A stretch of 60,603 nucleotides of DNA from Promethearchaeota archaeon (GTDB taxonomy: Archaea; Asgardarchaeota; Lokiarchaeia; Sigyniarchaeales; SOKP01). The notes under the pieces were generated by a model. The model was not told where the DNA came from. It was given only the letters and a program-made list of their open reading frames with translations, and ran no database searches. Positions within the stretch are counted from its first letter, which is position 1, and each line of letters opens with the position of its first letter. Below are positions 18,601-28,056 of this stretch, one piece after another. The DNA lies in assembly GCA_030615235.1 (NCBI GenBank), contig JAUWZR010000001.1, positions 1-60,603 of the forward strand. The letters are read 5' to 3'. The position numbers and the translations under genes are program-made.

Positions 18601-19084
18601 CAATCAGAACGCATAAAGCAGCTGTCGTACCTCCAGCAGCCCTAATTGGACCTGAGAAATATAAAGATAAATATTTGTTGTTGTGGTGATCTTCTCGTAT
18701 TAATATTTTTGATATACCTTCAAGGGGAGCACTAACAACACCCATAGTTTTTACTGCAAGACCCACCCGGATAGCCCTTTCAACCCTTTCCTCTAAGGAG
18801 TCAATTTTTCCTATTTTTTGGCTAAGAATGTCAGAAACTACTTGAAACACAATCTCATCTTCGTTTTTTCCTTGATTTTTTAAATCTCTTATCACATCAG
18901 CGACGCCCTTTGGTCCTACAAGTTTTTCTACTCTTCCTGCTAAATCTTTAGCTTGAGGAGATTCTACAAAAGTTTCAGGATCAAGTCCTTTTTGACGTGC
19001 TTTTTCTGCGATTTCGTAGCACTTATCAATGTCTCTTTGCAACAGAGAAAAGTAGTCTTCCACCTTTTTACTCATTTCTACCAT
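15650..19084 (-). CDS. dp2: DNA polymerase D (Pol II) large subunit DP2
   Basis: 1144 aa. The N-terminus (YF..L..DIDKCYEIAEKARQKGLDPETFVE) and several Cys-cluster zinc modules are typical of DP2. The size argues against an intein. Confidence 0.95.
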   Translation of the reverse strand: MVEMSKKVEDYFSLLQRDIDKCYEIAEKARQKGLDPETFVESPQAKDLAGRVEKLVGPKGVADVIRDLKNQGKNEDEIVFQVVSDILSQKIGKIDSLEERVERAIRVGLAVKTMGVVSAPLEGISKILIREDHHNNKYLSLYFSGPIRAAGGTTAALCVLIADYVRKRSNIPKYEATEGEIGRYVEEVKLYDRRVHLQYPSSNDEIRYAVEHLPVEITGDPTEDEEVSAFRGLPRIETNKIRGGACLVLNDGILLKAPKLLKIAQNMKLEGWNWLGKLKDIAQKDEKVNKKDDLESKSTIRITPNSKYVSDILAGRPVFSHPSKIGGHRIRYGRSRNTGLAAAGLHPATMTILDGFIAIGTQLRIERPGKSTSICPVNSIESPIVKLKNGNIVRISSAIKAKEIFQDIKEILFLGDILFGFGEFSENNHKLVPSGYVEEWWALELEEALKTEQRSNSDLSKFIEDPFNNIPSAKEAISLAKKFAVPLHPKYTDFWGNISVSDLSTLREALTTSYDDKLKKINLKNSTSIKEILERAFVPHIVNESYIILDDTTTEIYETIFNLNHKELVDMKNEDNVFNYFSSISPIEIRNKAPYFMGTRMGRPEKSERKSMKGVQSLFPLSDKVGNTRLVKKAIELERIKIDICRKKCPNCSSITPFNLCPECGFHTEFQKICLKCNKYYNKSEEKCQQCGGLLNSSKKASFNIRNYSKTILSSLNMSLPDKFKGILGLTNQFKVPEPLMKGILRAKNGLLVYKTAEVRYDATDIPLTHFKPKEIATPVSRLIELGYKFDYKANELDNENQIIELQVQDVILSDDCAKYFIKIAKFIDDELELFYNLDKFYSVTKREDLIGHLVVGLAPHTSAGIIGRIIGFSPARSIYAHPFWHAAKRRNCDGDEDGIMLLLDPLLNFSRYYLPNKIGGRMDATLVISSLLDPNEIDNEAHNIDTLFKYPLEFYTATQKYLMPFELEKKMNLVKSRLGTSAQYENLGFNIPTNDINEGPTTTAYKTYASMEDKINAQLYLAKIIKAVNDKKVAEKILTTHFNPDIMGNLRKYAVQNFRCVKCNEKYRRPPLSNAGKCLKCGGNVILTVNRGGIEKYIPKALKISRDFNLDAYTIQRMELIAEYVESLTNNPKIKQQKLSNFF

Positions 19085-19352
19085 AATACAATCCGCACAC
19101 CGATAAGATAATTAATCCTATTGTTGAAAATTAGGTTACATAATGTTAAATATCTAGGTTCAAAATAAAATGTTTTATTAATAGGTTAGTTGAATCGTAC
19201 TATTTGAATTTGAGGAGATTTAAAGTTTTTGATAAAAGTATGAAAATTAGCATGCCCTTCTAATAATTATAAACATTGTTTATTCTTTAATAATAAACAA
19301 TTTATCTTTATCTTTAAATAAATATAATAATTCTATTTAGGGAGAATCAGAC

Positions 19353-21131
19353 TTGGAAACCGGAACCACAGAGCAGAAGAAGGTTATTTTAAATAAACTT
19401 ATAAATTCAGGGATAAATATATCTCCTACAATGTTAGAAAACATTCTAACCATGAATAATCAGTTGAAAAACTTAAATCTCCTTATTAAGGAAACCAGTT
19501 TTATTCCCTCATTTAAGAGTCACTTAACCGAAACTGTTATAAAAGACATTTCAGACGAAAAACTTAAAAGAGTGTTGAAACGCACCATATCTAAAACCAA
19601 TTCTCTACTAATACAAGAAGAAACGAAAAAACCCATCGAATATTCCAATCCTCAACAAGAAGTAGTTATGGGTTTTTTAAGGGATAAAAGTCTACAATCA
19701 GAATTTTCACCCCTTTTTGAAAAATCTAACACAGAATACAAAAACCAAGAAAGTTCTAATGCAGATCTCTTGCCCAAGCAAATTACCAAAATGAAAAACA
19801 CAAAAAAAACTCCAAGATTCGAATCCACCAAATCTATCTTTACCTTCAAACCTATCGCTAAAGAATATAAATCTAACTATGAAGTTATTCAAGATCCTTC
19901 AAGTAAATTATTTACTACCGGAAAATACGATGATTTTTACGAATTAACGCTTGACAAATATAATAAGCTTAGAAATCTCATCAGAAAAAGACCAGAAGTA
20001 AGCTCGGCTACTAAGATCAATAACATATTTAGGATATCTAATAGTATTGAAATATCAACATTAGGTTTAGTAGATAATATTCATCAAACAAAAAAAGGGA
20101 ATTTTCTTTTTACTTTGGAGGATTTAACTGGAAAAATTAGTGTATTGATTCAAAACAAATCGGAAAACTTTGATTCCGTTAAAATTATACAAAGAACTCT
20201 CAATGATCAGATGTTGTTCGTTAAGGGTTTGTATAATCCTGGTGAAAATGGGAGAAAAGGAATAATTTTTGCTTCCTACATCTCAAAAATAGATATTCCG
20301 ACAGATTTTCAACCTAATTTATCTCCTGATCCTCTCTCTATCGCTTTAATTTCAGATATTCACATTGGAAGCAAAGAGTTTGAAGAAGGATTATTTGCTA
20401 AATTTATTAATTTTTTAAACGGTAAAAGTAAAAATAAACTCTTAAGAGAAAAGGCTGGAAGAATAAAATACTTAGTCATCAATGGCGATCTAATTGATGG
20501 AGTAGGTATATATCCTAACCAACAAGAAGATCTCGTTATCGCAGATATTTATAAACAATTCAAAAAAGCTTCAGATCTTCTTTTGGAAATTCCGGATTAT
20601 ATTAAAATATTTTTTGTTTCTGGAAATCACGAACCAGTAAGAAATGCTATACCACGACCCGCAGTACCCAAGAAATATTGCGAAGATTTAGTTAACATGG
20701 GAATCAAATGTCTGGGCAACCCTTCTTTAATTAAAACTCATAATGTCAACACGCTTATATATCATGGGGAGGGAATGCACGATATTAATAGATTCATTCA
20801 TGATTTAGACATAAATAAACCGATCGAGACCATGAAGGAATTTCTAATATGTAGACATCTTGCTCCAATATTTGGTGAAAAAACGCAAATAGCACCTGTA
20901 AACACTGATCATCTAATAGTAGAAAAGATTCCTGATATCTTTCATACAGGACACATACATATAAACGGGATAGGAAAATATAGGAATGTAACTCTCGTAA
21001 ATTCTGGATGTTTTCAAGCTCAAACTGACTTTATGAAAAGTTTTGGGATAATACCTACTCCAGGTATAGTACCAGTAATTGAGTTGGATTCTTTAGATTT
21101 TTTATCACTCGATTTTAAAAAAATTAATTAA
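19353..21131 (+). CDS. dp1: DNA polymerase D small subunit DP1 (Mre11-like phosphoesterase fold)
   Basis: ALISDIHIGS, INGDLIDGVG, SGNHE and TGHIH calcineurin-like phosphoesterase motifs sit in the C-terminal half. Divergent from dp2. The start in the track is a TTG. Confidence 0.9.
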   Translation: METGTTEQKKVILNKLINSGINISPTMLENILTMNNQLKNLNLLIKETSFIPSFKSHLTETVIKDISDEKLKRVLKRTISKTNSLLIQEETKKPIEYSNPQQEVVMGFLRDKSLQSEFSPLFEKSNTEYKNQESSNADLLPKQITKMKNTKKTPRFESTKSIFTFKPIAKEYKSNYEVIQDPSSKLFTTGKYDDFYELTLDKYNKLRNLIRKRPEVSSATKINNIFRISNSIEISTLGLVDNIHQTKKGNFLFTLEDLTGKISVLIQNKSENFDSVKIIQRTLNDQMLFVKGLYNPGENGRKGIIFASYISKIDIPTDFQPNLSPDPLSIALISDIHIGSKEFEEGLFAKFINFLNGKSKNKLLREKAGRIKYLVINGDLIDGVGIYPNQQEDLVIADIYKQFKKASDLLLEIPDYIKIFFVSGNHEPVRNAIPRPAVPKKYCEDLVNMGIKCLGNPSLIKTHNVNTLIYHGEGMHDINRFIHDLDINKPIETMKEFLICRHLAPIFGEKTQIAPVNTDHLIVEKIPDIFHTGHIHINGIGKYRNVTLVNSGCFQAQTDFMKSFGIIPTPGIVPVIELDSLDFLSLDFKKIN

Positions 21132-21166
21132 ATTCTTCTACATTTAATTGTATTGGGTGTTTTAAA

Positions 21167-21850
21167 TTGAATTTTGCTATTCCACGGGGAAATACCTCAA
21201 AAATGGTTTTACATATTTGGAAAATAATAGAGCTTCCAAGTTTAAGTCGAGATGATTTATCACACAAAATTACTTTTGAGCTATTTCTTTTCTCGCCTAA
21301 AGAGGCAAAGGAATTCATGAATATAGCTATTCATAAAGGTTATCTAATTATAGAAAGCGATGGGCAAATTAAAATATCAGAATCTTTAGCTCTCGAGTTA
21401 AACAAATGGCATGAAAAGAGAAAAATAAACATTTCAAAAAAGATAAAAGATGTCAACGATCTCAACGAATTCGGCGATGATTCTAAAAAAAATGGCATAA
21501 ACAAGTTCAAAATTTTATTAAAAGCTTTACTTGATAAAGGAACTATAAATAGAGCGGTAGCAGAGTCTGACAGCGCATATAAATTTAGAATAATCGATTC
21601 TGGTCAAAAAATTATTAAAGCTGAAGTTCAGGGTTCTCAGAAGATTCCGTATAACATTGATATAAACATAAGTGAAAAAGTGATAAAACATAATTGTCAT
21701 GATTTTCGGACTAAAAGAGCAGTAAATAAAAAATTCTGTAAACACTTAGCGAAATTATTTCTCCTCTTAAAAATAAAAAACGCAGATTTAGCGTCGTACA
21801 TTCTTGAGAGTATTACCAAAGATATTAATAATTGGAATTTCCTTGCTTAA
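21167..21850 (+). CDS. Hypothetical protein with a C-terminal SWIM-like zinc-finger remnant
   Basis: HNCHDF-x12-CKHLAKLF resembles the CxC-xn-CxH SWIM motif with the second Cys replaced. The likelier start is the ATG at 21203. It overlaps the orc1 stop by 4 nt on the opposite strand. Confidence 0.4.
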   Translation: MNFAIPRGNTSKMVLHIWKIIELPSLSRDDLSHKITFELFLFSPKEAKEFMNIAIHKGYLIIESDGQIKISESLALELNKWHEKRKINISKKIKDVNDLNEFGDDSKKNGINKFKILLKALLDKGTINRAVAESDSAYKFRIIDSGQKIIKAEVQGSQKIPYNIDINISEKVIKHNCHDFRTKRAVNKKFCKHLAKLFLLLKIKNADLASYILESITKDINNWNFLA

Positions 21851-23172
21851 ATTAGCTTTTTAAACACCATATTCTTTATCTTAACTTTATCGGTCTGGAG
21901 TATTATCGGTTTATAATCCAATAATCGATACTCTTTTATTTTCTTAATCTGAGACAAAACTCGTTCTATTAAGTTAAAATCGATGTCAAGTTTTACAATT
22001 TTCGTTCGTCCATAATGACCCATCGATTTTGTATATGTTATTATTAATCCTGATAACGATAATTCATTAACATAGTCACTAATCCTTCTATGCGTCAATT
22101 GTTTCACATTTGGAATGAATTGTGCTAATTCTGAATGAACTTCGTAGATATCGCCTGAAGTAATTATGTGTTCTTTAGAGTATTTTGACAATAAAAAGAT
22201 GGCCGTTAAAGTTAGTTTTACTTGAAGGGGCATCGAAAAGATATATTCAACAATGTGATCTTTATCTATATCTTTTTGAGCTTTTTCTACATGATTTTCC
22301 ATTATTTTTTTAGTTTGATTTCGTTCAGCGATTTCTCCAGCTTTTCTTAATAATTGAAGAGCTTTTCTCGCATCACCATGTTCTTTTGCTGCTAAACCTG
22401 CACATAGCTTTATAACTCCATCGTCAATAACGCCTTCCTGAAAAGCTACATCTGCTCTTAATTTAAGGATATCGTAGAGTTGGTTAGCGTTATAAGGATG
22501 AAAGACAATTGGTTCTTCTTCCTCTAGATTAGATGTAACTCTCGCATCGAGGAATTCCATGAATTTTAGCTTATTAGAAATCCCAATAACACTCGTTCTA
22601 CAGTGATCTAAGTTCTCATTTAATCTCGTTAAGTTATACAAGATTTCATTTCCTCCTTTTTTTTCAATTAGGATATCTATTTCATCTAATACAAGAAAAC
22701 ATATGCTATCTTTGATATATTGGTCCAATAAACCTAGCAATTTCTTGAGAATTACGTCTTTAGGTAAACCCGTTGATGGGATTTTTTCTTTACCAACTAT
22801 CGTATTGTAGATATGAGCTAAGATTCTATAAGGTGTAGACACTACTGTACAATTAATATATACCCACCAAGGAGGTTTTGTAGAGCAATGTTGCGCAAGT
22901 TTTTGTGAAATGTACCTTACAGTAGCCGTTTTACCCGTACCAGTCATCCCATAACACAAAAAATTGGAGGGAACATCACCTTTTAGCGCACAAGCAGTTA
23001 TGCCAGCTATCTTCTCGATCTCCGAATTCCTGTGAGGTAATTCATCAGGAATAAACGATGGTTCGAGAGCTTCTCGTTTTTTAAAAAGTTTCGGACCTTT
23101 TAAGTAATTCCGGTAAAATTTATCGATATTGAATGAATACATGCCTTTTTCATTATGGTTAGTCAACACCAA
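21847..23172 (-). CDS. orc1: Orc1/Cdc6 replication initiator
   Basis: LPHRNSEIEKI, Walker A GMTGTGKTA and Walker B LVLDEID, with a C-terminal winged-helix region. The track start is a TTG, and an ATG lies 10 codons in. Confidence 0.93.
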   Translation of the reverse strand: MVLTNHNEKGMYSFNIDKFYRNYLKGPKLFKKREALEPSFIPDELPHRNSEIEKIAGITACALKGDVPSNFLCYGMTGTGKTATVRYISQKLAQHCSTKPPWWVYINCTVVSTPYRILAHIYNTIVGKEKIPSTGLPKDVILKKLLGLLDQYIKDSICFLVLDEIDILIEKKGGNEILYNLTRLNENLDHCRTSVIGISNKLKFMEFLDARVTSNLEEEEPIVFHPYNANQLYDILKLRADVAFQEGVIDDGVIKLCAGLAAKEHGDARKALQLLRKAGEIAERNQTKKIMENHVEKAQKDIDKDHIVEYIFSMPLQVKLTLTAIFLLSKYSKEHIITSGDIYEVHSELAQFIPNVKQLTHRRISDYVNELSLSGLIITYTKSMGHYGRTKIVKLDIDFNLIERVLSQIKKIKEYRLLDYKPIILQTDKVKIKNMVFKKLI

Positions 23173-23469
23173 TTCCCACCATGTAAATTTTTTCCACTCG
23201 AAATAATGTCAATATTTGATATTTCGATTCCGCGCTATTTAAATTTATTTATTAATCGAAAAAGTAAGCATAATATGTTAAAGGTTTAATATGCTAGTTT
23301 TGATTTGCAGCGATCAAATCGATAGTTTATAATAATATTGTCGGAACTTTAAAAGATAATTATTTATGAAGCAATATTATTAAGGGTTTAGTATAATTTG
23401 TTATATTTGCCAAAATTTAATTTTAATTAAAAATTATTAAACATATTCATTTTAATTACTTGAAAATTT
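23173..23469. promoter_or_regulatory. AT-rich divergent intergenic region upstream of orc1; candidate replication origin and promoters
   Basis: 297-nt non-coding gap next to orc1. Inverted repeats are TCGAAATA (23198-23205) / TATTTCGA (23220-23227) and GATTTG..CAAATC. TTCCAC / CCCACC elements lie near 23173-23197. I could not define a clear ORB consensus by eye. Confidence 0.3.
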
Positions 23470-24240
23470 ATGTCTAGAAATAATAAGGGTGATATTAACC
23501 GAAGAGATATAAAGCTCGCTATAATATTGACTTTAATGTTTATCAGTTTGCTTTTTTTTAACTTTCTGATTATCTCTATCATCTTTACATGGGCTGATTG
23601 GTTAGCGACTTTAATTTTTAGTATGCTTTTTATTGTCCCAGCATATTTTTCGAACGCAGGAATGGTTATTGTCGGTGGTGGAAAACCATTAGATAAGGGA
23701 AAATTTTGGCGCGATGGCCGTAGAATTTTAGGAGATCATAAAACAATATCTGGACTTGTCAAAGGACCTTTATACATAGGGATACCCTTAAGCAGCGCAT
23801 TATTCTTGCTATTTTTTATTTTATGGCCCGTAATACAACAGATTCCAATTGAGGGTGCTTCTTATGGAGTTTACATTTTATATTCTGAATTATCTTATTA
23901 TCAGTATTATTTTGTTGGAGGTTCATTTCCAATAGGAATAGTTATTATACTTTTTAGGATTGTCTTTTGTTCATATGGTGCAGCTTTTGGAGATTTAGCT
24001 GGATCTTTTCTGAAAAGAAGGTTTAATATTAAAAGTGGAGCGCCTTTTTGGATCGTAGATCAATTAGATTTTGCGGTAGGAGCTCTGATTTTTGCTTTAA
24101 TACCAGCTATTTTTTTCCCAGGGTTATACTTGATCCCAGATATGAACATCGTTATTTTTCTTCTCATTTTAACCCCCTCTGTAAGCCTTATATCTAATAC
24201 AATAGCGTATCTAATTAATTTAAAAGATGTGCCTTGGTAA
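23470..24240 (+). CDS. carS: CDP-archaeol synthase
   Basis: PAYFSNAGMVIVGGGKPLDKG, DGRRILGDHKTISG and GDLAGSFLKRR blocks are typical of CarS. It is a multi-TM protein, and 256 aa is longer than I expect for the family. Confidence 0.75.
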   Translation: MSRNNKGDINRRDIKLAIILTLMFISLLFFNFLIISIIFTWADWLATLIFSMLFIVPAYFSNAGMVIVGGGKPLDKGKFWRDGRRILGDHKTISGLVKGPLYIGIPLSSALFLLFFILWPVIQQIPIEGASYGVYILYSELSYYQYYFVGGSFPIGIVIILFRIVFCSYGAAFGDLAGSFLKRRFNIKSGAPFWIVDQLDFAVGALIFALIPAIFFPGLYLIPDMNIVIFLLILTPSVSLISNTIAYLINLKDVPW

Positions 24241-24249
24241 TAAAAATGC

Positions 24250-24765
24250 TTATATTTTAACTACATCACACTTAATTCTAACTTGAAATCTGGTGTTATT
24301 AACAAAAATAACGCACCGTTCGAAAATCTCGTTAACTGCTTTTATGTAATTACCGTTACAACCTACAGCTATTCCTCGTTCCTCGTACGAAAGAAAACCT
24401 ACCATTACATACATTTTTCCAGTATAATTGTTTCTTTCGATTATAACTGTGTGAATATAAGGATCTGGAAAAAACCCATAAACTAAGTTAACTAGTACGT
24501 CTTCTTCCCGTACAATCATGATTTTCCTATGCTGAAATTTCTTTCGAAGATAGGGTAATTTTGACTTTGCACTAAAATAATTTTCATTTTTTAGGAAAAA
24601 AAAAACAAATTCGTTTACTACAATCACATTTTGCGGAAAAACCTTAGTAATTTCATGAAAAAAGTGAAAAAGTAAAAGCTCTTCATTTGAAAACTTCTTT
24701 TTTATAGTTAACTTTTGATAAAAAAGCAAATTATAAACAAATGCGTTATGAACTGTACTCAACAT
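24250..24765 (-). CDS. Hypothetical protein, possibly a divergent two-KH (archaeal NusA-like) fold
   Basis: The C-terminal block YVMVGFLSYEERGIAVGCNGNYIKAVNEIF resembles a KH GxxG segment. The similarity is weak and motif-level only. Confidence 0.3.
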   Translation of the reverse strand: MLSTVHNAFVYNLLFYQKLTIKKKFSNEELLLFHFFHEITKVFPQNVIVVNEFVFFFLKNENYFSAKSKLPYLRKKFQHRKIMIVREEDVLVNLVYGFFPDPYIHTVIIERNNYTGKMYVMVGFLSYEERGIAVGCNGNYIKAVNEIFERCVIFVNNTRFQVRIKCDVVKI

Positions 24766-24865
24766 ATAATTACAATTTCAGAACTATTATTTTAAACTCC
24801 TAGGAAAATTAAATCAGACAACAAAAAGTTTAAATTTAAACGAGACTATTTATAGTAATTTTATA

Positions 24866-25324
24866 ATGAAAAAAATTAGGTTTCACATGAAAAAAGCAGG
24901 ATTTGAGTTTAGAGAGCATACTGCAGATGTTCAGGTAAGAAGTTGGGGATCATCATTAGAAGAAGCTTTTTCGCAAACTGCTTATAGTTTAATGGCGACA
25001 ATAACACCAAACTTAATAAAAATAACTCCTATAGTCGAAAGAGAAATAACTGTTGTGGCTGAGGATAAAGAAGCCCTATTATTTGATTTTCTTTCTGAAT
25101 TTTTATATATTTTTGATGTTGATGAGCTTGTTTTTAATCAAATCTATGTGCATTCAATTGAAAAATTCAACGATAATTATAAGTTGCATGCTACTCTAAA
25201 AGGTGAAAAATTCGACTTAGATAAGCACGAAATAGGAATTGAAGTTAAGGCCATAACTTATTCCTTCTTAAATATAGAAGAAAAATACGAAAGCACCATA
25301 ATAGATATAGTATTTGATATTTAA
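24866..25324 (+). CDS. Archease (RtcB activator)
   Basis: FEFREHTADVQVRSWGSSLEEAF and GIEVKAITY blocks. The likelier start is the ATG at 24887 (MKKAGFEF). Confidence 0.9.
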   Translation: MKKIRFHMKKAGFEFREHTADVQVRSWGSSLEEAFSQTAYSLMATITPNLIKITPIVEREITVVAEDKEALLFDFLSEFLYIFDVDELVFNQIYVHSIEKFNDNYKLHATLKGEKFDLDKHEIGIEVKAITYSFLNIEEKYESTIIDIVFDI

Positions 25325-25433
25325 CTTCGAAATATTTTTTGGATAATGATATCATTTAAAATTTTATCATGAAATAATAAAAAAAATATTTCTTTTTTTG
25401 GAAAATTCAATTTAAATAAGAAGAAGTTGATAT

Positions 25434-26906
25434 TTACCCTTTTACAACGCCAATTGGAACTAACCTTACAATTTTTTCCACAATGCCGAGATCTTGGCTC
25501 ACTTGGACAACCTGATCTATGTCTTTATATGCTCCAGGAGCTTCTTCCGCAATTATTTTAGGCGAGGCAGCTCTTACGGTAATTCCTTTTTTCCTTAGAT
25601 CTTCCTTTATTTTAGCGCCCCAATATTGTTTCGTTGCCTTAGACCTTGACATCAAACGCCCAGATCCATGAGCTGTAGAACCAAAAGAAAGATCCATTGC
25701 TTTTTTTCTACCCACACATAAATACGAAGCGGTTCCCATAGTTCCAGGAATCAAAGCTGGTTGACCTATACTTTTATAATCACGGGGTATATCTGGATGC
25801 TCTGGTGGGAAGGCTCTCGTTGCGCCTTTTCTGTGGACATTTAATTTCATTTTTTTCCCGTCAACATCATGTTCTTCTATCTTTAAGATATTATGGCAAA
25901 CACCATAAATCAATTTAAAGTCCAGATCGTCCAAACTCCTTTTAAAATGTTTTTGGAACGATTCTCTTAGCCAATGCGTTATTAACTGGCGATTAGTAAA
26001 CCCAAAATTTGCAGCACACGCCATATTTTTCAAGTATTGCATTGCCTCCGGAGTATCGGCTGGTACACAAGCTAATTCGCGATCTGGTACTTTTATTTTG
26101 TATTTTCTCATTGCTTGTTCGATATTTCTAAGTGAATCCGTGCACACTTGATGACCAAGAGCCCGAGAACCAGTATGAACCATGATAGCTATTTGATCTT
26201 TATCAATGATTCCCAACTTCTTTGCCACTGACTCGTTATAAATCTCATCAACCTTTTGTATTTCGAGAAAATGGTTACCGCTTCCTAAAGAACCGAGTTG
26301 TTTTATTCCTCTTTGCTTTGCTTTTTGAGATACTAATTTCGAATCAGCGTTTTTCAAAACACCGTTTTCTTCGCAATGCTCTAAATCCTCTTTTATAGCA
26401 TAATCATTATCTAATGCCCAATTTAAGCCGTTATCTAAAACATCATCTAATTCCGAGGAATTGATGCTTAATTTTCCTTTACTTCCTAATCCGGATGGTA
26501 TATTCTTAAAAATAGTGTCTAGTAGGTTAGGAATTGAACTTTCAATATCTTTAAGGTGAAGATTTGTTCTTAGAATTCTCACACCACAGTTTATATCGTA
26601 TCCTACACCACCTGGGGAAATCATTCCAGAATAAGCGTCTGTTCCTGCTACACCCCCAATACAAAACCCATAGCCTTGGTGTGCATCAGAGAGAACGATA
26701 GCGTGTTTTTGTATGCCGGGGAGACAAGCTACATTACTAATTTGATCCAAAGTTCTATCGTTTTTAATTTTTTCTAAAATGTAATCGTTAGCATAAATAT
26801 GGACTGGTACTTTCATTTGAAATTTTGCGATCTTTCCTTCCACTCGAGCCATTAAAGTTTTTTGAGGGATTTCGTAGATGTTTTCATCTATTTTATTCAC
26901 ATTCAT
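25434..26906 (-). CDS. rtcB: RNA-splicing ligase RtcB
   Basis: GYDINCGVR, GSGNHFLEIQ and HTGSRALGHQ blocks. 490 aa, with no intein-sized insertion. Confidence 0.95.
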   Translation of the reverse strand: MNVNKIDENIYEIPQKTLMARVEGKIAKFQMKVPVHIYANDYILEKIKNDRTLDQISNVACLPGIQKHAIVLSDAHQGYGFCIGGVAGTDAYSGMISPGGVGYDINCGVRILRTNLHLKDIESSIPNLLDTIFKNIPSGLGSKGKLSINSSELDDVLDNGLNWALDNDYAIKEDLEHCEENGVLKNADSKLVSQKAKQRGIKQLGSLGSGNHFLEIQKVDEIYNESVAKKLGIIDKDQIAIMVHTGSRALGHQVCTDSLRNIEQAMRKYKIKVPDRELACVPADTPEAMQYLKNMACAANFGFTNRQLITHWLRESFQKHFKRSLDDLDFKLIYGVCHNILKIEEHDVDGKKMKLNVHRKGATRAFPPEHPDIPRDYKSIGQPALIPGTMGTASYLCVGRKKAMDLSFGSTAHGSGRLMSRSKATKQYWGAKIKEDLRKKGITVRAASPKIIAEEAPGAYKDIDQVVQVSQDLGIVEKIVRLVPIGVVKG

Positions 26907-27059
26907 ACTAATTAGATTAGTGAAATTTTTTTCATAAATTTTATGTTTACCAATTTTAATAGGACAAGCTTATTTAATTTAATAAAAATAGAAAAATAAG
27001 CCAACTCAGATTCAAGAAATTAGAATATGTAGGTTATAGGTTTTATGAAAAAATTTGTA

Positions 27060-27659
27060 TTATTTTACATCAATAAACTTGAGCAAGCCAAGATCATCTA
27101 AATCATCGATCATTACATCAATCTCCGCTTTTGGAACGCCAGCTTCCTCTGCTATATCTGCAACAGTGTGAAAACCATCGGCCAAATGAGCAATCTTATA
27201 CTGTTCCTTGTTTAAAAAACCCTGAACGATTACTTGGGTAGGAAGACGTTTTGAAGCCCATGCGGGTTTCTGGTCTCGCACTTTCCGCAAATCTTCTTCC
27301 GAAAGCACCATACCCTTCTTATTTAGAAATTTCTGAGATTTTACAAAGTCTTTTTCATAGATTTTTAAAATAGGAATCTTTATTGGGACTTCTGCTATGT
27401 GACCTTTTTTTAACATGTCATCCATAACATTTTCAAATCCTTTAAACATCCTAACATCTCCTGACCAATCTTTCATTAGGTTTCCATACTTTTCCAGGAA
27501 TTTGTCAATAATATCGCTTAATATTTTATGTGTTATTTTAGAATCGTCATTCTTGTCAGCAGCTGCTGTGCACAGGATTCCTTCCTTAAAAACAAGAAGG
27601 AGATAGAATATTTGCATATCAATGATTTTCAATTCACCCGATCCTTTCGAGAACTCCAC
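27060..27659 (-). CDS. Roadblock/longin-like domain protein with a C-terminal winged-helix-like tail; N-terminus probably extends upstream
   Basis: The track ORF starts at a GTG, but the frame stays open 62 codons further, to 27845. The upstream part encodes protein-like sequence (...IVILHNVYLISNFTGICLIHRKYGTIEFNQDLVSGFLTALKDFS) with no ATG, GTG or TTG. The C-terminus TVADIAEEAGVPKAEIDVMIDDLDDLGLL looks HTH-like. Confidence 0.5.
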   Translation of the reverse strand: MEFSKGSGELKIIDMQIFYLLLVFKEGILCTAAADKNDDSKITHKILSDIIDKFLEKYGNLMKDWSGDVRMFKGFENVMDDMLKKGHIAEVPIKIPILKIYEKDFVKSQKFLNKKGMVLSEEDLRKVRDQKPAWASKRLPTQVIVQGFLNKEQYKIAHLADGFHTVADIAEEAGVPKAEIDVMIDDLDDLGLLKFIDVK

Positions 27660-28056
27660 TGAAAAATCTTTTAATGCTGTTAAAAAACCAGATACTAAAT
27701 CTTGATTAAACTCTATCGTCCCATACTTTCTATGGATTAAACAAATGCCCGTAAAATTTGATATTAGGTAAACATTATGAAGGATTACAATCCACTCCTT
27801 ATAGCATAAATATTTTTTTTTTATTAATAATATAAGTTCTACTATTTATAATTTCATTTAAGAAAAAATAGCAATTCCTAGATAAAAAAGCATAGAAGAA
27901 ATATTAAAATTAAAATCTGTGTTTTCTCCCTTATGCAAAAATGATTTATAAATGAGTATTAGCTTAATTCTTTTTGTTTATGAATTTTTATATCGTAATT
28001 AGATTGAAATTGGTTTGTTCATTATTAGAATCAGATATCATACCTAAGGGAAAAAG

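Noticed and set aside
5142-26906. Possible inteins in rpoB, PolD DP2, orc1 or rtcB
   Set aside because: All four have lengths typical of intein-free versions (1123, 1144, 441 and 490 aa). Conserved blocks are contiguous, with no Cys/Ser...HN-bounded insertions seen.
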